Below are positions 11,725 through 24,325 of a stretch of DNA of 41,722 nt, one piece after another. The notes beneath the pieces are model-generated. The model searched no databases, was not told the DNA's origin, and worked only from the letters and a program-made list of their open reading frames with translations. How positions within the stretch are numbered: position 1 is the first letter of the stretch; every line of letters starts with the position of its first letter. Source of the stretch: Callorhinchus milii (lineage: Eukaryota); the NCBI RefSeq assembly GCF_018977255.1, contig NW_024704798.1:310001-351722 (forward strand), read 5' to 3'. A program made the translations under genes and the position numbers.

Positions 11725-12361
11725 CTGTAATAAACATGGAAAAGTACGACAATTTATCAATCACTCTTTGCCTGAGTTGTTTTTTTCATCGCCTGGGGTT
11801 TCCTCACAACGAAAGGCGCTATAGAAGCGCCCATTGTGAGTAATGAGTAATAGTAATTTTAAATTTTCATTTTAAATAACGTTTGAGGTAGTCATTGATA
11901 CGCATCAACGTGCTTCACAGAAGAAATTGTGAAGCGGAGAGCTCTGTATTTTTGCGGGCCAAAAGCGGCAAACAATTATGCATAACAGGAACCCAAGAAG
12001 AGTCGTGGAGGGTGTGAAAAACAACTGTTTGGAAAAAATGTAACGTATTATTGCCCCTGAAAAAGAGATGCGCCAAAGCTCTAAAAACTTTTGAGAAGAG
12101 AAATTATTTTTGATTTTGAAGATTAATTCGCCCGGGTTTTTAAAGCGAAGGTGTTCCAAATGACTGGTGGGTAAACAGAGTCGTGTGTGAGGAAGGAGAA
12201 GAATTGCAAACATTGGCACCATCCCCAGAAATCCGAACAAAGTCCTCTCGATTGAGAGACGAGTGCTCTAACCATTGAGCTACAGGTCTCCCTCCACCAA
12301 TTGTTGTTGAAATGGAGCTGACAATCAACAGCAACACTGAATTAGCTCAGCACGGCCTCAC

Positions 12362-12386
12362 CTGACATAAAGGTTCCCAGCCTCAT
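12362..12386 (-). pseudogene. Truncated leader exon (21-nt in-frame deletion)
   Basis: MRLGTFMS + g versus MRLFAVCLVLGTFMS at 28505-28550. Confidence 0.8.
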
Positions 12387-12807
12387 TGCTGCTCTTCAGT
12401 CTGTATGGCTGTGTCTTTGGCATCAGTTTGCTGATAACCCGTAGTGATTGCCGTCATTGGCGGAGCCACAGTCTCACGTCACCTCATTGACATCTCAGCC
12501 GCGTTTCAGTACAACAACCACTTGCTTTTGTACAGCGGTTTTCACCAGTCAATTTTGACAGGAATTCCTGAATCAAATGTAAAGATTATTATTATTACTT
12601 AACTCCCATTTTCCAAACATGAACGACTCCATCAATTGTTGCTTTTGGTTGTAAATCAGCCGCGTGTTTCCTCTGAGAGACACAGCAGCAAAGTCACAAT
12701 TTGTCAAATAGGTCAACTGTCAGGATCGACATCTGTGCTGAGATGAAACCTTTTCTCTCCTCTTTGGAGGTTTATGTACAGCGTTGTAGTCTGAAAGAAA
12801 CACTGTG

Positions 12808-13114
12808 CGTGTGATGGCACAGTAATATGTAGCTGTGTCAGACAGAGACACGGAGCGCACAGTTACAGAGGAACTCTTCGTGTTGGTGTCCAGTGTAGTG
12901 CTGAAACGTTGTTTTGCAAATTCAGCGCTGAATGTTTCCCCATCATAATCGTGTCTCCTTGTGTACAGATGAGGCTCTCCAGGGTACTGACGGTACCAGT
13001 ACATAAAAACATTGCTGAAATCAGCTGAGTAGGTGCAGCTCAGTGTTGCAGTCTGGCCTTCAGGAACAGACACTTCCATCTGTGATGGTTGAACACTGGC
13101 TCCATTGGCTGTCC
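12808..13114 (-). CDS. Apparently functional TRAV/TRDV V exon (leader 13206-13248)
   Basis: TANGASVQPSQ...TLSCTYS...WYRQYPG...DTATYYCAIT; RSS cacagtg 12801-12807 / 23 / acataaacc. Confidence 0.9.
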
Positions 13115-13205
13115 CTATAGACGGAGAGAACACGTCATTAAAATTCACGCAAAGGCCAGAGGAAAAATCCTCAAATGATTTTAAGGGTGGGAGAGAATGA
13201 CTTAC

Positions 13206-13248
13206 ACATCAGGCCCAATAAAAATGAATTGAACAGCGCAAATTGCAT
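13206..13248 (-). CDS. Leader exon for V at 12808-13114
   Basis: MQFALFNSFLLGLM + t, donor gtaagt. Confidence 0.75.
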
Positions 13249-14335
13249 CCTCTCCATTTATGCAAGTGTCTCGTAAATGATTTGATAGAAGCTTTAGAGA
13301 TAACGGGATGTTTCCTCAAATGGCCTTCAAAACAGAGGTGGAACCAATATTCAACACAGCACCGATGAGCAACTTCTTGGCGTCAGAAGATTGTGGTGAC
13401 AGGCCCCACCTCCGAATACTGGAGCTCTATTTTCTAAAATGTCGCTCTCTTGCAATGCTGGGCGTGTACTGCAGTGTGGTGTCCAGCAGCTTATGTCTTG
13501 GCAAGTTTGCCTGGCAAGCGAGAGACCCGGATTCGAGTCCCAGGCAGTGCGCAACGTTAGACAAGTTTACTTACTCCACATGAATCTGTTTACCCGGCAG
13601 TCATTAGATTGTTACCTGGTTAGCTGATCGCCTTTCTGGGGAGTAATTATTGCTTGAAAAATGATAAAAATGAGAATAATTTCATCACTGAAACCAAACA
13701 TGCTTATGGGACATTGCTGCATGTCGGGAAGCAACAACAAGAACCATATTGCATTTGTTGAGCGCTTTTCATGACCAGAGGACGTCTGAGACAGAGTTAC
13801 GTTTCCGAGCTGGGGGTCGGGTTTGGGCAGGTTGGAGGGTGGTGGGAGAACCCGTGGGAGAAGCAGGAGATCGATAGCAAGGACGAAGAGGAGGGTGTTG
13901 TGATGGGTTTTGAAGGTGGCAGGGGGTGGGGCGATGCGAGGGCACTGAGTGAAACGAAATAAAGCGCTTCAGAGGAAATACTGTCATGTGCGGGGATTGT
14001 ATTTTATGTTTGTACTGCATTCCGTCTTCTTTCTTATTGCCAAACGTACAATACTCCAAATATGTTTGGATGTCTTCCTTTGCAGACAACACTTAATGAA
14101 CTGAAACTGTGACTTTTCTAGCTAACGCTTCCTTTTATTCTCTGAATTGGTTGTGACCCATAATGTTATGGAGCGACAGCAAACTGACTGACTGGTGGTG
14201 AATGTGGGTTCCCATAAAGTTCGCTGCACTCAATGTCTGACTCTGAACACACACAGGGTTGATTAGACGGATAGACCAATCTCACAATGCCAGGGTAATT
14301 ATTGTACGAGCCTGTGGCTGGTTCCCATCACTGTG

Positions 14336-14720
14336 AGGATAGAGGGAGAGACAGCACAGAGATGCACAGTGCTGTTGGATAACAGCGGCTCAAAGATGGA
14401 TAATCTGGTGACAGATTGGGAAGCGAAAAGCTGAGAAGAGAATCGATTACCATTTCCATTTCCTTTCCTTTCCTGATTATTATCTGACTCTTCGCAATGT
14501 ATAGTTTGGCTTTTTGTCTCGGTAATGTCGGTACAATAAAGTAATAATAATAGTTCTTGCATTTGATATAGCACTTTACACATCTTATCTATGTATAATT
14601 TAAAAACATTATATGTATAATCTTATAGATTATAATAATATCTCTCAGTCATGAAATGGGAACATTCAAAAGTGACAGATTCTCATTCTTTCTTCACCAT
14701 CGCTGCAGTCTACAGTGTTT
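14336..14720 (-). pseudogene. Degenerate V exon, paralogue of 2482-2800
   Basis: GNRFSSQLFASQSVTRLSIFEPLLSNSTVHLCAVS; FR1 stop and AT-rich insertion at ~14540-14640; heptamer 14329-14335; 5' boundary approximate. Confidence 0.75.
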
Positions 14721-16074
14721 TACAGTTTCGCCCTCTGGAGGTCAAAGAGTTATGCAACAACTCTGCCTTGGTGTTTGATGCCCAACTTGAAGTAAAGCAA
14801 TGATTGTAATAACAATGTGTTGTGGTTCCCAGTGGCTTATATCATCTGAGGCTCAGAGTACTGTAACACACACCCCTGTCAGTCACTGTAAGGCCACAGA
14901 TACTGAAGACCACCTCCCACACACTAAATCCTCGCCCCACAATTATGTTGAGCTGTTCTGAGCCCCAAAGGGAAATTTTCAGTGTAATAGTTCACAATTT
15001 AATAAAGAATTGAGCCACTGACAATTGTAAAGTGTTGCATTTACGTATTGATTCGAAAGCGGTGAGTAGGAACCCGGTTGTTATTCAATTGGCGTATTGC
15101 TTTCGGTGGATCACATTTCCTCCAACATAGTAAGATTTATACATTCATTGAAGCCACGACTGTTTGTGGGTCACTGCTGTGTGCAAACGGCTGTTGCGTT
15201 TCACGCACAAAATTTACAGTCAATTCAGTTCATATAATCGATGAGGCGCTATTGGACGTCTAGAAGTCATCTCATGTCAAGTGAAAAGATTATTAATATC
15301 AAATGAGTTGACTTTGTATTTTGCAGGCGACCAATCTGGGATTCAGAGAGCACAACATTATTATTGTTTTTAGTAATTTAAGGGTTTATTATAAAACGAA
15401 AGCGATCCACATATCGACTAACTAACGGGTTCCTACTTCCTGCTTGGTAAACAGAGGCGAGTAGTGTAAGCATATTTGCCAAACGTTTCGGCCTGTATGG
15501 GAATCGAACACAAATCTTCTGAGCTGTGGGCCCAGTGATCTCACCAGTGCGCTGCAAAATTTCAGAAATTCATCTTATTCGCTTATTCTTATCCCATCCA
15601 CTTCCCACGCTCTTTATGGGATATATCTGTTCGCAATTTGGCTGCCGGGACCTTTAAGTCTGATCCAAGATGTGATCAGGCGTCAAATCAAACGCAAACG
15701 ATAATTACACATATGTCGGGAGACGTATCAAAGAGTCTCACAAAACTTTATAAAATTCTGCGTGTCAGGAATTGCATTTCGACTGTTTTCTGAATTCCAT
15801 CTTCTTCCTTAGAGTCAAAAAGAAAACAGTTCAAACAGCTTTTATTGTTGCATTTGCAGCCCAGAGTGAACCAAAATAATACCGTCTGTTGTGCTCAATT
15901 CGCTTATTATTTTAAACTCTGCTTTTATATTTCACACATTTGTGTGAATCTTCAGCCGACAGATTGACTTGTGGTGAACGCCAGACTTCCTGAAAACAGA
16001 CTACTCGCCTCAGCGCCACCTCACAAATCTAGGATAGTTTTTGTACGAGGCTAAGACTGGTTTCCATCACTGTG

Positions 16075-16381
16075 GCTCTGATTGCACAGTGATACAAAGC
16101 AGAGTCAGACAGCTCTAACTGGGAGATGGTTAATTTGCTGGATTTTTTGGAGATCTGCAGCTCATCTGAGAAGCGAATTTTAGCAAAATTCTCTTTATGT
16201 TCATAAGTATTTGTACACCTCTGCAAGATATACTCGGGTTGTTTCTCTGGGCGTTGTCGGTACCAGTTTAAACAATAGCTGCTCAGTGATGTAGAATAAT
16301 TACTGTGCAAAGTCACTTCCCCTCCTTCTGTCATAGTCACTGAAGTTTCGGACTGAGCAACAGAATCTCCCCGGGTCAGAC
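16075..16381 (-). CDS. TRAV/TRDV V exon, open ORF, Cys23->Ser with two non-canonical Cys (leader 16846-16891)
   Basis: GLTRGDSVAQ...VTLHSNYSTSLSSYCLNWYRQ...ILQRCTNT...DSALYHCAIR; RSS 16068-16074 / 23 / acaaaaact. Confidence 0.85.
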
Positions 16382-16845
16382 CTGAAACACAAGCGAAATA
16401 TAAAAATAAAAATGAACGGATTTTTTAAAAAATCCTTGCATTTGTTATAGCGTCTTCTTATGCCTTATCGACGTTTCACAACACTTCGCAGAATATACTG
16501 TGAATTGATTTGAATGTATATTTTGTGAAAAAAGCCTGACAGCCAATTGCGCAAAGTAGTGTCCCTCAAACAGCATAGATTAAATGACTAATTTATTATA
16601 TTTTTCTTGGAAGAATTATTCCACCTGATTAAACGATCCACCAATTGGCTGACGAACGGTTCGCATAATTTCCGAGTGGAGTAATTCAAGAAGCCCAATG
16701 TTGCGCCCTGAGGGCAATCGAACTCTAATCTCTCGCTTGCGAGTTGAGCGCTCTATATGCTGAGCTACAATACTCCACCAATAAAAGCCATGCAATCAAT
16801 TTTGAACATTGGCTTAAAGTTTAGGTATTTGCCTTAATTGATCAC

Positions 16846-16891
16846 CTGGTAGAACAAAAGCCAGAATCACCCAGATCACAATTCCCTCCAT
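16846..16891 (-). CDS. Leader exon for V at 16075-16381
   Basis: MEGIVIWVILAFVLP + g, donor gtgatc. Confidence 0.8.
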
Positions 16892-17060
16892 CGTCTGAAC
16901 TCTATCTGCAGATGTCCAATTATTACATGTAGGATATTTGAGACGATTGGCTCCATCCCCAGCAGTCATTACATGTGCTGTCGCCCAATTGGTAAAGTGG
17001 AGAAGGTCCTCGTGATCAGAAACAATTTGCAACCAATTCTTCTTTTATGACTCAAACTTT

Positions 17061-17378
17061 CAGAGTCCTGTAGCTCAGTGGTTGAGCACTCGCTTTGCAA
17101 GCGAGAGACCTGAGTTCATTTCCAGGCAGGGCGAAATCTTGGGCAAGTTTCCTTACTCCACACGCCTAATAATAATCCCTCCAAAACCAAAAACAATAAT
17201 AAGTTGGTCATTTTCAATCTATGACTGTTTGTGGGACATTGCTGTGCGCAATTGGCTGCCGCGTTCGCCCACAAATATATAGTCAATTCACTTTACAGTG
17301 TGTTCTGTGAAGCGCTTTGGGACGTCCTCCCGACGTGAAAAGCGCTATATCAAATGCAAGGATTATTATTATTATTAT
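17061..17378 (+). mobile_element. Full-length young tRNA-derived Deu-type SINE
   Basis: Same head, body and (att)n tail as 7697-8034. Confidence 0.85.
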
Positions 17379-18254
17379 AGAAAAATAAGATCGTGGATCA
17401 TAGCTGAACAGAAGGAGGATATTCGCTGCATTGTGACTGTTTTTACTCTCCTAAAGATATGAACACTCAGTTCCACGCCCCAAATTTTCCCCTCGTCTTG
17501 CAATTTTATTTTGAGTTGTAAGTTCCAGTCCAATTCCATTTTGACAGCTACTATCGAATCTGTTGACACCACAATACCAGGATGTACATTCTAAACTGTA
17601 ACAAGTCTATTGATTAAATGTCTGTCAGTCTCCCCTCAAGTTCTTTTGCCAATTAACTTCAAACTGCGAAATCAATTAGGAGCTGTAAAAGTTTAATATG
17701 GAAAATAAATGTGATGTGTGATATTTATAAAGAAATAGGCATGAAATTCAATAAAGGATTAAATTACGTTTCACACAAAATGTTTTACCACAACACCATA
17801 TATCACTGAAGTGTGCACAGTTAACCTTCACTGAGAAAAATGGGCCGAAATCTGTTGCCAACGGGGCAAAGAGGTTATAAAAGAGGGATGTCTCAAAGCA
17901 TTAGACGTGGTATGACGTGAAATTTGGTGACTGTATCTATTAGTCAATTGCCAAGCAATTAACTTTGAAGTTTGTTCTGTGAAGCGCTTTGGGACGTCTC
18001 GAAGTCGTGATAAGGCGTTGCATTAACTGTAAGGATTAATAATATTTGTTTTACTCTTTCAGTACATCAACCATTCTATCACTTTTTGCTTGTGGTTGGC
18101 AATGATTCACGTGTTTCCTCTGAGAGACACAGCAGCAAAGTCACAACTTGTTAAATATGTCAACTGTCAGGAATAATATCTGTGCTGAGATTTAACCCTT
18201 TCTCTCCACTTTGGAGGTTTGGGTACTGTGGTGTAATCTGACAGTAATACTCTG

Positions 18255-18545
18255 TGTGTGATGGCACATAATGTTTGGTGTCAGATAGAGCCGCGGGGCA
18301 CACAGTTACAGTGGATCTCTTCCTTCATGTGTCCAGATTTGGCGTTAAACCTTGTGTTGTAAATTCAGTACGGAAAGTGCCCCATCTTAATTATGTCTCG
18401 CTGCGTGCAGAGGAAGGTCCCCTGGATACCGACTCTATTAGAACATTAAAAATATTCATGAAATCAGCAGAGTATGTGCAGCTCTGGCTTTCAGTTGCAG
18501 ACACTTCCATCAGTGATGGTTCAACCCTGCCTCCATTCGCTGACC
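18255..18545 (-). pseudogene. V pseudogene, paralogue of 12808-13114
   Basis: SANGGRVEPSLMEV...SCTYSADF with deletions/frameshifts; heptamer degenerated to cagagta. Confidence 0.8.
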
Positions 18546-19528
18546 CTATAGCAAGAGAGAATATGTTATTCGCTGTCACGCAGAGGCCTGAGGTAAATCC
18601 CCAAATTTTTTTTTCGGGGTGAGAGGTATATATTTACACATCAGGCCCAATAATAATGATTTTAATAGGCAAAGGATTTAACAGCGCAAATGTGCTGCCG
18701 TGTTATCCTTCAAAGCACATAGCAACTCAACTTTACCGTCAAACTATGTGAAGAGCTTTAAGTTATACTCCAAACCGAAATATATGTAAGGACTATTGTT
18801 CCTTCATCTCCAAGATTTGTTTTCTATGCTGGATTGTCAAAAAATCAACCGTGTGTTCTAACGTAGGTCAAGTAACCCACAATTCTGCCTCAAACCCCAT
18901 ATATTCCTATATTCCAGTTGTCCATTCAATGCCATTTCAAATCAGTGATTATGTTGCCTTCAGCTGCTGCAAGTAATGTAATTGCAATCATTGCGTTTCA
19001 TGGAATGATTGAATATTTTCAACTTTAGTGCACAGCAGTGTGTTACAAATAATCGTGGATTGAGTAGCAAAACTTATATTTGCCAATATTTTTTGCAGGG
19101 GCCATTACCCCAGAAATTAATCCGACAGTCGACCAACAACCGCGTTCCTGCTTACTGCAAGCAAAAGAGAGACGCGAGTATTGAGTAAAGAAACTTGTCC
19201 AACTTTTCGCACTGGCTGGGATTCGAACCCAAGTCCTCTCATTCACCACTGAGGTACAATTCTCCACTGAGATCAACATATCACTTTAAAAAACTGTGTG
19301 AAAATGTATGTCGCATCATTTTAAGAGCTCAATCTTACAAACAAAAAAAAACTTGCTGCTGCATTTTTACTACAAATTGATTTGAATTGAACTGAATACG
19401 TTAAAAGCCACAGCGGCAGTTGGAAAGGGTTAGTTACACTGTCAGTCACAAACTGTACTGTATTGTTTCCCAGATTTGGATGTGATGAGTGTTATTGTAC
19501 GAGGCTTCCTATGATGTGTATTACTGTG

Positions 19529-19830
19529 GTGCAGACTGAGTGCACAGTGATACATAGCGGAGTCTGTCAGCCGAAGGCCGGCGATGGTTAAAACGCTGAT
19601 TTTCTTGGCAGTGTCAAGAGAAACAGAAATATGACCTCCAGTGGGGTTTCCTCCCTCTACTGAGGGTTTTCTGTGGAGCAGATATTCCATTGTCTCACCA
19701 GGGGACTGGCGGTACCAGGAGACGCTGAAATCCTGTCCGCAGAGTCCTGAATATTGGCAATATAAATTTATCCTCTCACCAGCAAAAGCAGTTTGTTCAG
19801 GCGGTGACTGAGAAAATGTATAACTCGATG
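19529..19830 (-). CDS. Leaderless supporting TCR V-delta of NAR-TCR unit 2
   Basis: Phase-1 acceptor at 19831-19833; SSYTFSQSPPEQ...LYCQYSGLCGQDFSVSWYRQ...DSAMYHCALSL with extra CDR1 Cys; first V downstream of NAR J; RSS cacagta 19522-19528 / 23 / acaataaca; no leader seen, although N gaps lie in the intron. Confidence 0.85.
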
Positions 19831-20810
19831 CTGCGGGATGCTAATTATGGATTATTTAGAGTCATGGAATCGTTGAATCTTACAGAACAGAAGGAGACCA
19901 TTCAGCCCATCGTGTCTGTGAAAAGAGCTTTGAAATGAGCCAACCAATGTAATCCCACTCTCCCGCAATGAACACATAGAACTTTATAATTCCTTTAGAT
20001 GCATACAGCCAATTCCATACTGAAAATATCTTTCTAATATGTTTCCACCACCCTTGGCAGCACATCGCATTCAATAGGAATTTTCAGTGAAAATAAATCC
20101 TTCTGTTCTCCCCTCTTGGTCTTCTACCACTTATCATACATTTGGGTTCATTGTTGACTGAACCACGTGCCAGTGGAAGCATGTTATCCTTCTCTGCTCT
20201 ATCAAAAACACTCACAGCTCTGAACACTTCATCTAAATCTCCCCTAAATCTTCGATGCTATCAAGAGAAGATTGCCAGATTCTTCATACAAACTAATTCC
20301 CTCTGTCTTGTTATCATTGTTAAATGTCCTTTGCCCCCTGTCCAAGGCCTTCACGCATGTGTCCGTGAAAGGCACAAAGATAAATGTAAGGATTAATGTT
20401 ACATCAACAGTGGAAGGAGCAATGGGATGTATTAAAATAGGCATTTCTTGTAGCTGAGCCATGTTTTATTGCAGACGCAAACCTTATTTCTATGACTGTA
20501 TACCATTGATATGATCTCTCATAAATGAACCGTTTAATTAAGGTTTGCTTCTCTAAACTTATATTTGTTTGCCGTTGCGGTTTGTCGACATTCAGGCTTT
20601 GGGTGTCTGCGATCGTGGGAATGTTTAGCAGAGAATCAGGTGTCAGGTTGTACCGTTAACTTCAGCGCGTTTACAGTTGAAGCAAATGGAACGTTTCTCT
20701 GCTGTAAATATCGTTACTTTAACATCGCTGCTGAGGAGATTTATTCTCTGGTTTGTTGCCAATATCAGTTTCTCTCTCAGTCTGTGAACTGCTCAATGCA
20801 GTTTCACTTG

Positions 20811-21377
20811 NNNNNNNNNNNNNNNNNNNNNNNNNNNNNNNNNNNNNNNNNNNNNNNNNNNNNNNNNNNNNNNNNNNNNNNNNNNNNNNNNNNNNNNNNN
20901 NNNNNNNNNNNNNNNNNNNNNNNNNNNNNNNNNNNNNNNNNNNNNNNNNNNNNNNNNNNNNNNNNNNNNNNNNNNNNNNNNNNNNNNNNNNNNNNNNNNN
21001 NNNNNNNNNNNNNNNNNNNNNNNNNNNNNNNNNNNNNNNNNNNNNNNNNNNNNNNNNNNNNNNNNNNNNNTTTCTTTCTTGCTGTCTTTCTTTCTTGCTG
21101 TCTTTCTTTCTTGCTGTCTTTCTTTCTTGCTGTCTTTCTTTCTTGCTGTCTTTCTTTCNNNNNNNNNNNNNNNNNNNNNNNNNNNNNNNNNNNNNNNNNN
21201 NNNNNNNNNNNNNNNNNNNNNNNNNNNNNNNNNNNNNNNNNNNNNNNNNNNNNNNNNNNNNNNNNNNNNNNNNNNNNNNNNNNNNNNNNNNNNNNNNNNN
21301 NNNNNNNNNNNNNNNNNNNNNNNNNNNNNNNNNNNNNNNNNNNNNNNNNNNNNNNNNNNNNNNNNNNNNNNNNNNNA
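20811..21377. repeat. Assembly gaps flanking a 16-bp minisatellite (tttctttcttgctgtc)n at 21071-21158
   Basis: Two N runs; ~5.5 tandem copies visible; right edge of second gap approximate. Confidence 0.9.
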
Positions 21378-21898
21378 CATTCTTTCTTTCGTTCTGTCCC
21401 TCTTTCTTTCTTTCTGTCCGTCTTTCTGTCTAATTCTTTTTTCATTCTTTCTTCAAATGTCATGGCTTACATTTTCGCAACATGCAGTGTTTCTCCAGGC
21501 TTGCATATTGACTTGCTTGTTGGTGTAGAATAAAGCAGAATTACCTGGGAACTCTCAGCGAATATGGAGAGAGGAAAGTATGTTAACGTTTCAGGTCGAT
21601 GAACTTGATTCAGAAATTTAGACCCCACTTTTCTGGAGAACAGAGTAGGTTATTGATGATAATACATCATTTTACCCAGCTCAAGTAGAAATGCATTACC
21701 CAATTAATATCAATTTACTCTGGTCATGTTCCTTTGGAACCACTATGCAGACCAAGTCAGTGACTTTCAAAACATGGAAATAAAAGTTGGTCATTTGAGA
21801 AACAAACCTTGATGTAGTATTCGGTTAAAATAATGTTTTTTGACAAGCTGACGTAAATTAACTTTTATGTTAGTTCGTTAGAAATATTTCGCACTTAC

Positions 21899-21954
21899 TT
21901 TTCGTTACAGTTACTTTGGTTCCTGAACCATCTTCTGTATATTCCTTATAATAA
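21899..21954 (-). CDS. NAR-TCR J segment, unit 2
   Basis: YYKEYTEDGSGTKVTVTK + a, donor gtaagt; RSS heptamer 21955-21961 / 23 / gcaaaaact 21985-21993; IgNAR-like DGxGT motif. Confidence 0.9.
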
Positions 21955-22339
21955 CACAGTGACACAGCTCTCATTCTACAAGGTGCAAAAACTGTTCCAT
22001 CGAATCATGGTTTAATCCTGGCACCAAAACAAGCAAATGCAGACAAATTGGTGATAAATTCCTATATTTACACCACAGTCCCATTTGTATAATATTCGTT
22101 TGTCCAAATCATGCTTATTTTCAGTAAGTTTCCCACATAAACACAGACAAAGCACAGGCTTTGGCCCGAAGAAGATTTTCTGCAAATAATTCTACAATAT
22201 GTGTGGAAATAATTAATATTGGAAGCTAACTTTCGATACTTTCTGGAGCACAAAACAGGACAATGTTAGCGATGATCACGTCTCATGTATTTCCGTGAAA
22301 ATTAGCAGTGCGGTAATTGTGCTGATGTTTTCCAATGTG

Positions 22340-22352
22340 GCTTCCCAGCCAG
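22340..22352 (-). CDS. NAR-TCR D segment, unit 2 (12/12 RSS)
   Basis: Coding ctggctgggaagc; heptamer 22353-22359 / 12 / acaaaaaca and heptamer 22333-22339 / 12 / nonamer 22312-22320. Confidence 0.88.
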
Positions 22353-22727
22353 CACAGTGTTTAATGTCAACACAAAAACACAGGTTTGCAAAATAATTCA
22401 AATGAGTTCTGCCATTTACAAATGATCAATTAATCACATAACGTGTAAAATTCTTTAGAATATTTTCTTAGTAAATTTGCATGCCGTCTGTCCCTTGCAA
22501 TAATTATTAAGGTATATGAATCCAAACAACGTAGTAACTTCAGATTAATACACACTCACTTTTCCTAAGTATTCATAAGTGATAGCCGCTTCTTAAAGGA
22601 AGTATTCTTAAACATAGCTGCACATCACACACGAATGAGGAATATGCAAGTTCGCATTCTCTGTGTTTTTCCTGTGAGTTGGTGACGGGGCTTTTTGTAT
22701 TGTTGGAAGCCCAGATACGGCATTGTG

Positions 22728-23013
22728 GTATCCCAGTTATATCGAGCTCTACAGTAATAATCAGCGCTTTCTTCAACTTGCAAGTCATTCATTTCCAGAG
22801 AAGAGGACCACGATCCCTTGTCTGTCTTCACAACAAACCGTCCGTCACGAGGGATGGGTTTCCAATCTCTTTCATTTGGAAACCGCCTATAAAACTCCAT
22901 ACTTTTGAATTTGCTTTCAAAGATTGCCGAGAAGACGCATTTGAGGGATAAAGACTCGCATTCTTCTCTTCTAATAGAAGATGGTGTCTGTGTTACTGAG
23001 GAGCTAAAAACAT
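22728..23013 (-). CDS. NAR-TCR V exon, unit 2 (intact)
   Basis: VFSSSVTQTPSSIRREECESLSLKC...EMNDLQVEESADYYCRARYNWD; RSS cacaatg 22721-22727 / 22 / acaaaaagc. Confidence 0.92.
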
Positions 23014-23401
23014 CTGAGAAATTATGCACAATATTACATCAGTTTAACAGATTTTCAACGTTGACCACTGCTATTACAATTCCAGTGCAACTTTTGGCTT
23101 TATCTCCCTTGATATCAGTTGATATAATATACTCAGGATTATGTAGCATAATTATTATATTAATTAATTAATATGATTATAATATATAATGAAACTAAAG
23201 TAAAATAATTGCCTGCCGCGTTTCGCCCATCAAAATACAAAGTTATTTCAGTACAAAATTATTATTTGAAGCGACTTGAGACGTCCCATCCACATCATAA
23301 CGCTATACATCAATTACAAGGATTATTTGTATAGTGTAGTTACAGTACTGATGACATTCACTGGTGCTGTGAAGTGCTGTGTTGTGGAAACAACCACTTA
23401 C

Positions 23402-23444
23402 ATTGTAAGAAGAGGAAAGAGATGCAGACACATAGGAGAGACAT
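23402..23444 (-). CDS. Leader exon of NAR-TCR V unit 2
   Basis: MSLLCVCISFLFLQ + t, donor gtaagt. Confidence 0.88.
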
Positions 23445-23844
23445 CCTCTCACCCTGGGAGATACCGACAGCCCCGGACACCTCAGAGTGACTGTGAGTAA
23501 CACAGGGCTGTTCTCCAAGAGTGTTGGAGACTTGGTTTATTTGTGATGAACAGCGTCATATCATGGCTGGTGGCAGCGCCTTTGAGGGGTGGGCGGGGTG
23601 TGGTTTGGGTATGGAGGGGAAGAACGTACATTCGGAAAGGGACTGACTACCTGCGCTCGAGAGCAGTGGGCAGAGAGGGTGATTTGGGGATGAATGTTCG
23701 AGGCTCATTTCAGTTTAAATGGACCTTTGACGTGGAAGCCAACGGGATGGAGTCTAACCTGACACTGTGAGAGGGACAAAGGCTGTGTGATGTCGAGAGG
23801 GACTTAATTTAGCATTGGGAAAGACACATAAAGAAACTACTTAC

Positions 23845-24037
23845 GCACCTTTGACTTGGAGTGAGTTCTATTGCAGTGACCAGCAGCAGGATGGAGAAGC
23901 CGGTCAATGCAGCAGTGAGATAGTGAGATATGGGTGATGATGGGTAAGAAGGAGGAGGGAGAAATAGGGGTAAAGGAGTATGGGTTGGGGTGTTATATAT
24001 TTCGTGGGGATAGAAGTGGTGACAAGGAGATGAAGGG
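23845..24037 (-). pseudogene. Stalk/TM-like exon paralogue with a 1-nt deletion
   Basis: Acceptor cccgcag, donor gtaagt; 193 nt versus 194 in unit 1; distal frame HYLTAALTGFSILLLVTAIELTPSQRC. Confidence 0.4.
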
Positions 24038-24271
24038 CTGCGGGGGACATGGAGGAGGAAGAGAAGGCAGCGAATATGATGATTACTTTTCAGCATATCA
24101 TGTGAGGTGGTTTATAACGACTTAACGTTATGGTAATTCACTTTATGATAATAATAATAATTATTCTCATTATTATTAATTCACTTTGCTACATACAACC
24201 ATTATTATTAATGATTTATGTCTCGGACCATCGGGTCTACGTCTGTCTGTCTGTCTGTCTGTCTGGCTGGT

Positions 24272-24325
<54 letters not shown>

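Noticed and set aside
20565-21533. Long ORFs across the N gaps (also 40691-41106) and ORFs over microsatellites (8342-8645, 24176-24442)
   Set aside because: Artefacts of N runs and simple repeats.
23543-23770. Plus-strand ORF conserved with 40109-40336
   Set aside because: Antisense to the NAR V promoter/5' region; the similarity is explained by the segmental duplication, and the unit-1 copy is not intact.
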